Part shown: in pieces, positions 54,971 to 64,000 of the stretch | Numbering within the stretch: position 1 is the first letter of the stretch | Layout of the letters: each line of letters begins with the position of its first letter | From: Eledone cirrhosa | Lineage: Eukaryota | Direction: 5' to 3' | Length of the DNA stretch: 64,000 bases | Assembly (NCBI GenBank): GCA_964016885.1 | Contig: OZ024745.1 | Span: 17,980,001 to 18,044,000 of the forward strand | Program-made: the position numbers and the translations under genes | Notes under the pieces: generated by a model | The model's input: only the letters and a program-made list of their open reading frames with translations | Databases searched by the model: none | Told to the model about the DNA's origin: nothing

Positions 54971-55060
<90 letters not shown>

Positions 55061-55826
55061 ATATATAGAAAAATAAATCAACACATAAAACTACATAGAC
55101 ATACATATTGGCACATTAAGTGCTAAATATATAGATATGCATTAGTGAATCATATCGCTATGTATATATATCGTTTCTGTTTCAAGGAAAAAGGAACGTG
55201 ACGCACGCATATATATTTATACAGCATGCGTAAACATAATATATGCAACTGCGTGTATTAGTTTTAAAACATATATACACAGGCCGTATATTGTAGGTTT
55301 AACATCATTGTTCGACACTGTGTATATCTGCGTATTGTTCTTCTCTGATATCTGTTATTTTTCTTTTAAGTTATATTGTTTTATATAACATCACATGATA
55401 GATGAAAGAAACAGTTTGAAATAGCGTGTATTTTGCTGGCGGCGGTGTAAATTAGAGTGGGTTGTACGAGTGAGATAACAGAAAAAGAAATATACAGCTT
55501 TGATTCGTTTTTAACATGCAGTTAATACAAAAAGCAACATGTATCTGCCTAGAGTGTGAAGAAAAGAAAAAAATAAATACTAATATTAGCTTCAACTTCT
55601 TTAAACGAATAGGGAATAAACAATAGATATTTGTTTTGAAATTTGGAATCGTAGCGGATATTAAAATGGAGGATGAATGTAAACAGACATCAAAACGAAC
55701 ATTTCAAACACGTTAACAACATAAAGAGAAGTTATCATATCATACATCTTTGTCTTTTATTTCTGTATGTATTTGTATGTATCTGTGTTCATCTACCTCT
55801 ACAACCACACACTCAGACATACATAT

Positions 55827-55869
<43 letters not shown>

Positions 55870-55969
55870 TGTATGTATATATGATTGTATGTATATATGT
55901 ATATATATATGCACATATATATATATATTAATATATATGTATATATATATATATATATACATATATATA

Positions 55970-56146
55970 TTTGTTTCTACTTTAGGAACAAGGCCAGCAA
56001 TAACCCAGTTCATTACTGGTACTTTATTTTATCGACCCCGTAAGGATGAAAGGCAAAGTCAACCTCGGCGGGATTTGAACTCAGATCGTAAAGGGACGTA
56101 ACTATGCTGGAAATCATGGCGTCCGACCCTCTACCGATACTGCCAA
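55970..56146 (-). mobile_element. tRNA-derived SINE
   Basis: Reverse complement of the SINE consensus. Confidence 0.85.
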
Positions 56147-56551
56147 ATATATTAATATATATATATATTAATATATATATACATATATACATACATATAT
56201 AATGTAGGAGTTGAATGTTATTGTAGCACAATAAAGCAATGCAAATATCGGATAAGTAGCACTCTACAATTTGTAGGACTGGGGTATAAATAATAAGATC
56301 AAAAGATGGTTAAAATACTTGGAACTCTTTTAACCATCATTTGATCTTATATTACATACATATATATGTATGTATTAATATATGTGTGTATATATATATA
56401 TATACATATATATTAATACATATATACCTTTGTACGATAGTAATATATCCAATAAATATTATTCGTTGCACCACCGATTCTCCGTTTCTTATGTGATATT
56501 ATACTCTGCTCTGTAAGAGCTTTAATCATCCCACACTAATGATATATATAT

Positions 56552-56617
<66 letters not shown>

Positions 56618-56650
56618 AACCATATATATATATTATTTATTCTCTGCTAT

Positions 56651-56852
56651 GTATTGAGTACCTTACTTACTGTGGTTACCCCCGATTCAACCCGGGATAT
56701 ATACACACACACACACATTTATATATCATACTTAATATAGCAATTGCTTTTACAGGACTACAACTGTTTTGTTCAAACGAAATCATCAGGAATCATCACT
56801 AATGTATTGAGTACCTTACTATATGTGGTTACAACGATTTGAACCCGGGACT
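56651..56852. mobile_element. Short PLE-tail repeats (TATTGAGTACCTTAC..GTGGTTAC..CGATT.AACCCGG, twice) with a decayed hammerhead on - at 56748-56793
   Basis: The same ~48-mer occurs at 41842 and 58606; the hammerhead is related to 7493-7600. Confidence 0.6.
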
Positions 56853-56874
56853 CACACACACACACATATATGTG

Positions 56875-56947
<73 letters not shown>

Positions 56948-58671
56948 ACATGCGTGTGTCCATGAGAGAGAGTTTTCTTTTCTGTCTAGTAACTCACTCT
57001 CTCTAGCGCTCTGTATTATTGATATTACAACAAATTCGTTTAACATAATTATCTGTTGTTCTTCGAGAGTGATTGATTTTCCATAAACAAAATTGTGTAC
57101 TGGTTGGTGCTGATATGAATAACATTTTTTTTATATTAGTGGAGACTGGCCATGAATATGTAACCGAATAAAACACAATAGTGTAAGAGAAATCTTCTAG
57201 AACTACGAATACTCTAGTTATTCTACGAATTCTCCTTTTTTTAATGTTGGAAAATATTAGTGCGCGTGCGTGCTGAATGAAAATTTAATGTGACTCGCTC
57301 GTACTGACATACCTTACAGTTATTTCCGTTTCGCTGAAAATGAATTCCCAAACGGTTTTGCAGTCTCTGTCTAAAAGTATTGCAATGGCAGGCAGTTAAT
57401 CTTTGGTGCGTTAGAATTGAAGATCAACATTTAGAATTGTAAGTATGTGACTCCAGGAAAGAATACAAGCAATGATACGATATCTACTTATATAGCCAGG
57501 CTGGAGACAAAAGAAAATATCTAAATACAAGAAACTAACCATTACTTGCTGTGAAAATTCCGGTGAATTGCCATTGAGATGAAGTCATAGAACGTAATTA
57601 TTTCTTATTAAATCAAACAACAAACACGACGAATCTCAAACATAATTTCTTAAAACTATTTATGTGCATTCTACTATGTAGATAAATCAAAATGTCGACC
57701 TTAGGTTAACATATTTCAGTTTTCAATATGGAAGTATATATACAACGTTAGCTTGTAAATATTACTCAAAACAATGAATTTCGTACAAAATTACAAATAT
57801 AAACGAAAGTTTAAGTCAAATAAATCAAACGCGGGCTTTCAAGTGACTGAAGTAAAATGATGTTTACACATTGACCTTAGATGTATTCGGCAGATAAGAC
57901 CTATTAGCAAGCCTAACGAACTTTATGTTTCTGTCGGTTACAATGATTAATAACATAATTACCAATATGTCATAACCGAGTCAGCGGCATGGTTATTAGA
58001 TACATTGGCCATAGTAATTATTACTAATTTAAATTACAATAATGAAAGACACTAATATATCAGTTGCAGTTATTTCCAACGATGAAAACTTCTACATATA
58101 AATGTGAGTGTATATGCACATATCTTCTCAGCTGTGTTTATGAGTGATCATATGTGTCTGTGTGATTTCAAATTTCTTTTCTTATTCGTATCTTTTTCCC
58201 AACTCTCTGTATCTACATTTGGCATGTATGTGCGTAATGTAAGTATTATGTGCATGAGTATAAATATGTATGCATGCAAATACATATGTAGGCCTATATG
58301 TCTGCAATGTGTGTATGCGTATTGAGTGTCGGCGATGCAGAGACAGGAAAGACCACAAATCAAAGTGGTATTCTATGTAAGGTGAGATACAGAGCAAGTG
58401 TATTATTTATGAATTAAATTTCCATCCACAAGTTCTGCGAGATAAAATTGATCTTTTCTATTCCAATGGTCAATAAAATAAAGTGGATGCAATGCTTTAC
58501 TATTTTATCCGGTCCTTTGTTTTATAGGTTCGATCCCGCTCTGCGATGTCTTTTGAATGAAATAGATCTAGTCACGTAGAAGCCTTTTCTATATCAAACA
58601 TATATATTGAGTACCTTACTGTGGTTATCTCCGATTGAACCCGGGACTCATAAATATATATATATATATGT

Positions 58672-59961
58672 ATGTAGACAAATCTACCAAAAGTTTACGG
58701 TAGTGTCCAATCCGTATGAAGAACTCAATGTAATCCGGATATCATGAAAAGAGAAGATGCATTCAAAAACTACTTTCGGTGAAAAATAAACGGAAAACAG
58801 AATCAAGATAAATTAATAAAATAATGAATAAACAAAGAAACAGTTCCTTATATTAAAAAAAATTCATCATTTTACGATCGTTTCTAGGATATATATGTGT
58901 TAGAGTTGGTATGCATATTCTATAGATCTATGTACAATATTTATACAAACTATCAGAGGGAATATACATACCTACACATATATATGCTGTCTTCAGAAAT
59001 AATGATATTTGTTTATTGAAAAAAACAAAGATTCAATACAATAGGTCTGTTTGGGAACAGGTTTTGAGTTGACCAATAGAGATAGTGAGGGTCAAGATAG
59101 TAATATAGTAGTAGAAGAACCTTAAATTATGGGTAGAGGAAGGTAGATTTCAGTTTTGGATGGAAAAGAATATTATGAATGAAGGATTATCTTAGGGAAG
59201 AAATAGGTCTTATGCTGACCTCAGAAATAATTTTATTTGTTCATTGAATAAAACCAACAAAGATCTAATATATTCTGTCTGTTTGGTAAGAGGTTTAGAA
59301 TTAACCAATAGAAAGTTAATAATTGGCCAAATGGTAAAATAGTAGTAATTGAAGCTTATTTTAGGGGTGAAAATAGGTCAGGTGGTCAGTAAAAGGTATA
59401 CAAGCAGTTGCTGTTATAAAATAGTAATGCCAATACAAATATCTAAGGTGACTAAAGTTTTACGATAAGAATGTTAGTGAAAAAAATACATCTTTGAAAA
59501 GAATATAAATTAATTTAATTGATGGGTATATTTATATTGATAAAATTATACTAATACATATAGATATGATAAATAAGAGTTAGATGCAGTTGAAAAGTGC
59601 TGTTAAAGATGAGGGGAAAATAAAAGGTTCTTCTACTACTATAAGGTTCTTCTACTACTATATTACTATCTTGACCCTCACTATCTCTCTATTGGTCAAT
59701 TCAAAACCTGTTCCCAAACAGACCTATTGCATTGAATCTTTGTTTTTTTCAATAAACAAATATCATTATTTCTGAAGACAGCATATATATATGTGTAGGT
59801 ATGTATATTCCCTCTGATAGTTTGTATAAATATTGTACATAGATCTATAGAATATGCATACCAACTCTAACACATATATATCCTAGAAACGATCGTAAAA
59901 TAATGAATTTTTTTAATATAAGGAACTGTTTCTTTGTTTATTCATTATTTTATTAATTTAT
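58672..59961. mobile_element. Fold-back PLE tail, arms 58808-59123 and 59643-59961
   Basis: ~315-bp near-identical inverted arms, each with a hammerhead; a diverged internal duplicate lies at 59211-59357. Confidence 0.85.
59763..59906 (+). ncRNA. Type I hammerhead ribozyme with ~107-nt stem II (mirror copy at 58864-59005, - strand)
   Basis: tcattattt-CTGAAGA-[long hairpin]-GAAA-cgatcg-TA-aaataatga; 9-bp stem I. Confidence 0.8.
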
Positions 59962-59988
59962 ATATATATGTATATATATATGACATCT

Positions 59989-60046
<58 letters not shown>

Positions 60047-60688
60047 GGGGAGGGTGCATGTATTCATGTAATGCAGTGGCAAATGTTCAGGGGTGTTAAA
60101 ACGATATTCGTTCAAGTAATTTGTGCCCTCTGAGATTAAATCCCACCATGGTCGCCTTCTTTCTTTCTTTCATTTGAAGCCAGTAACAGGAGTACCCTTC
60201 CGGTGACGTGGGTTGACGGATTTGGTAGAGCATCGTCTCCTTATTCTATTTATTTCAACTTCTGTATTCTGAAGGAAACTCCTGAAACAAATCTAGCATT
60301 GAATTAGCTAATATCACCACTTCGGTGTAGAATGGTGAGAGTTGCTTGCGTGGTTAACTAGTGCTCTTGCAAAAGAAAAAAAACGGATGAGATCCAATAC
60401 CCCCTTGTGGAGTCGTAGAGGCACCGCCATACGGCGTGTCTAGGTCACTTTTAAAGACAGTGTCCAGAACAACGTATTTGGGAAGATATTACAATTGCAG
60501 ATCCGTATTCTTATGACAGAAGCCAATGCTTAATTGAAATCTAATGACTATTGGTTTTATGGGAACTTAGAAAACTTCATCTGCTTAGACAGATATTCAT
60601 TTATCTGAGTAGGTATGTATATGTGCATGTGTGCATGTCATTGCGTATGCGGTCTGTGATTTAACATACATATTTGCGTATTTGTTTA

Positions 60689-60770
<82 letters not shown>

Positions 60771-60780
60771 AACGAGTAGG

Positions 60781-60876
60781 ACCCCGACGGCTGAGCTCAA
60801 GCCGTTTCGACGGCTAATTCTGGACTAAATGAACATTTTTATCCTGGTATATGAATAGCCGAGCTTCTCAGGGGGT
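60781..60876 (-). ncRNA. Type I hammerhead motif with a true stem III and long stem II (core mutated)
   Basis: acccc-CTGAGAA-g..cggcta...tagccg..c-GAAA-cggct(tgagctc)agccg-TC-ggggt. Confidence 0.65.
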
Positions 60877-62009
60877 AATTCCATATATGGTAAAACTGAT
60901 TGTCACAAGGATTGGTCAAAAGTTTGTTGTTGAGACACATAATGCTATCATGGCAATTTGTGGAAGGAAGGGGTAGCTGAACCTGCCAGTAGAAGAAAAA
61001 GGGAGAGGGAGTGGAGGAAACCTAGTCGTGCGTTAATAGTGCCAACTACAGCAGGGCAGAAGGTCAAGCAAGTATACTAGGGAGGGGGAGGGGGAGTCAA
61101 AACAATAAGTAAATCAATATGGAGTAAATATATAGAAGAATACCAACAATGTTAAAAATATAAAAAAACAATTTCTGGTGACTATACCCTAACGACAGTC
61201 ATCAAGTCTCTCACTGGTACTGCTAAACTATAGGAAAGTTTACTAGGTGGGACGGAATTGTAATGAGACCATTTTAAGAGTTAGTAGTAATCAACCGAGT
61301 ATATCTTACGGTGACAGGTCAACAAGTGGGTGCCAAAATACTAAAGAAACTACCACGAAATAATAATTCAGATCCCGAAACTAATACAAAATAAATGTGT
61401 CAACCCTAGGCACAAGGCCAGCAACCACCCAGTGCAAAAAATAAACTAATACGAAATAATAATTCAGAATCCCGAAAATGAATACTAATACTATCTCTAA
61501 GGGTGCCGCTACGATACAAAAATTCTAGTGCAAATTACATAAATGCTCGTACGAGGTATGTGAAAAATTTGATACGGAAAATTAATTCAGAACCCCCCCC
61601 CCCCCTAAAAAAAAATACTGATATACGAGAAATTAAAGCAGAGATACCACTAAGAAATGTAGAAAGCACGGAAATGGGGCAGCCATCGGATAAGAAAGTA
61701 AGTATCTGGGGTCTATCACATCTGCTATAAAAAGCGGAGTCGGCCAATTCTATCATAGAATAGGGGATGGGGGTGGGGGTACTGAGGCTACAAAGGACCG
61801 AGGGGCTACCTCGGGTGGGCGAGAAAAGGAAAAGGACGACGACAAAGAAGGAGGACTGGGGAGGAAGGACTAAGAAGGGATGGGGTGGAGAAGAAAATAT
61901 AGAGGAAACGATAAAAAGATATAAAAGAAGATCTTACGTCTACCTTTGCAAGCAGGGGTTACCAGTGGGGTGTTACAGCCCTTGTCTACCCCCCGGTCAT
62001 TATGGGGTT

Positions 62010-63354
62010 TGAGGGCGAGGTAATTCCTACGCAATCTGTGTTTGCATGCAGTTACCAGTTCGTCTTTCTTGTTTAGGAGTTGGTCCGTCGAAAACAGCAT
62101 TTGTAAAGTTTCCTCCGAGCATAAATTGCACGGACGGCGTTCTCCCTGGTAAGAGTTGGCTCTGGACAGTAAGCTCCAAGTGAGATCATAGGTAATATTG
62201 TTATCTTTGAGGTCCCAGATGTGGCCCGAACGTGTGGTGGCGTGACGCCGAGCCGGGTTTCGGAAAGTATGTCTGTGTTGGTATAGCCGGGTCTTGAAGT
62301 CACATGCGGTTAATCCTATATAAGCTTTGTTGGAGATGTCCGTCCTCACGTTGCGCTGGTAGATCACATTACGATATCTGCATCTGTTGTCGAGGAGGCA
62401 AATGGATCCATCAGGACAGTTGCACCTCCTGGTCGGCTCTCCACTGCTATTTAGGTTATTTCTTCCATAGGGATTGAGATTTTTGTTGTTAGAGGAGACG
62501 ATGTTTTGTGCAAAGTTTGGTGTGGTGCTGTAGGAGAGTTTGATGGTATTTTTGTTGATTATATTGTGGTAGCGGTGTTGTAGTGGGAAGTGTTTTTCGA
62601 TGAGACGAAAGAAGATTTTTCCCGATAGGAGCTGTCACCTCGGCGTTGTGGGGAGGACTGAACCATGTTACATTGCGTGAGCGGTGGTGTCGCTTGCTGG
62701 TTCCGCTAAAGGAAGCTGGACAGTAGGATATTTCTTCCCGGAAACCACTCCGCTTGAGGGCCTGGTTGTAATAAGGCACATGTTCCCCGAATATCTGCTC
62801 ATTAGCGGACAAACGAGATATGCGGAGGGAGATGTTTTTAACCAGGTTATTGGTGACGTTCCTAGGATGGTTTGACCGGCGGTGGATGTAGTGCAGGTTG
62901 TCGTTGGGTTTCCTGTATGGGTAGTACAGCTCATTATCGAGGTCAAGGGTAACGTCCAGGAAGTTTACTCGGGTCAGGGACGTTTGTAGGGTTATTTTAA
63001 ATCCCCAGTCGCGGAAGAAGCTGATTAATTGTTTACGGACCCGATCTGTACTACTGGGGTTGTACCCTTTAAGGGTAAGGAGCCCATCATCACGGTACAA
63101 TCCACCGCCGAATGCAGTAAACATATCGGTGAGTTTAATTAGTAGGAATAATCCTATAAGATCTGTAACCTCAGCCGAATCCGTCGCGCCCATGCCGACG
63201 TCGAAGGGTTAGTCGGGAGCTCTCTTTATCCATTTGGAGTTGTCGAAAAGTAGGAGTGTCTTCCTGGCGTGGAGGATGAAGTTTCTTTCCTGTTGGGTGA
63301 TGGGCTCAAGTGTCTCGGCAAAGTCCAAGGCAGCCGTAAATAGCGGTAAGGTAA
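62010..63354 (-). pseudogene. Naiad RT + GIY-YIG, with a stop and frameshifts
   Basis: FDVGMGATDSAEVTDLIG, GLYRDDGL, NFLDVTL, SNHP, CNC..C..C, IYQ..YIG, CNLC, LLNKKDE..CKH. Confidence 0.92.
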
Positions 63355-64000
63355 TTTCTACATTTCTTAGTGGTATCTCTGCTTTACTTTAATTTCTCGT
63401 ATATCAGTTTTTTTATTTAGGTGGGGGGGGGGCTTTCTGAATTAATTTACCGTATCAAATTTTTCATATACCTCGTACGAGCATTTATGTAGTTTGCACT
63501 AGAATTTTTGTATCGTAGCGGCACCCTTAGAGATAGTATTAGTATTCATTTTCGGGATTCTGAATTATTATTTCGTATTAGTTTATTTTTTGCACTTGGT
63601 GGTTGCTGGCCTTGTGCCTAGGGTGGAAACATTTATTTCGTATTAGTTTCGGGACTCTGAATTATTATTTCGTGGTAGTTTCATTAGTATTTTGGCCACC
63701 CAATTGTTGACCTGTCACCGTAAGATATACTCAGTGGATTACTACTAACTCTTAAAATGGTCTCATTACAATTCCGTCCCACCTAGTAAACTTTTCTATA
63801 GTTTAGCAGTACCAGTGAGAGAATTGATGACTGTCGTTAGGGTATAGTCACCAGAAATTGTTTTTTTATATTTTTAACATTGTTGGTATTCTTCTATATA
63901 TTTACTCCATATTGATTTACTTATTGTTTCAACTTCCTCCCCCACCCCTCCCTAGTATACTTGCTTGACCTCCTGCCCTGGTGTAGTTGGTACTATCAAC

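Larger units (their letters stand above)
60768..64000 (-). mobile_element. 5'-truncated Naiad PLE #2 with inverted pLTR (arms 61032-61665 and 63355-64000, cut by the window end)
   Basis: RT-EN remnant at 63354-62010, inverted UTR copy, hammerhead at the 3' end, (TA)n flank. Confidence 0.9.

Overview
AT-rich, microsatellite-dense eukaryotic DNA, most consistent with an octopus/cephalopod intronic or intergenic region (inferred from the SINE family and the (TA)n/(CA)n load). It is dominated by Penelope-like retroelements (PLEs) of several clades. These include a near-intact Naiad (833-codon RT + GIY-YIG ORF with a 1-kb inverted pLTR), a full-length but decayed two-ORF Neptune with direct pLTRs, further Naiad, Neptune and Nematis-like fragments, and many short PLE tails. 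Almost all abut (TA)n tracts, and about 20 hammerhead-ribozyme motifs can be read in their 3' ends. Also present are a dozen tRNA-derived SINE copies, a deleted Helitron (Rep/PIF1), RTE, CR1 and R4-like LINE remnants, several fold-back inverted duplications, and one candidate host exon of a papain-family protease. The most unusual signal is a non-coding ~0.5-kb partially tandem element found twice (23142-23815 and 29205-29926). Its repeated ends carry a 71-nt RNA motif with four helices, three supported by compensatory changes, and hammerhead core words (GAAA...UA...CUGAUGA) in a non-canonical order. All calls are by eye; no folding, alignment or database search was run.
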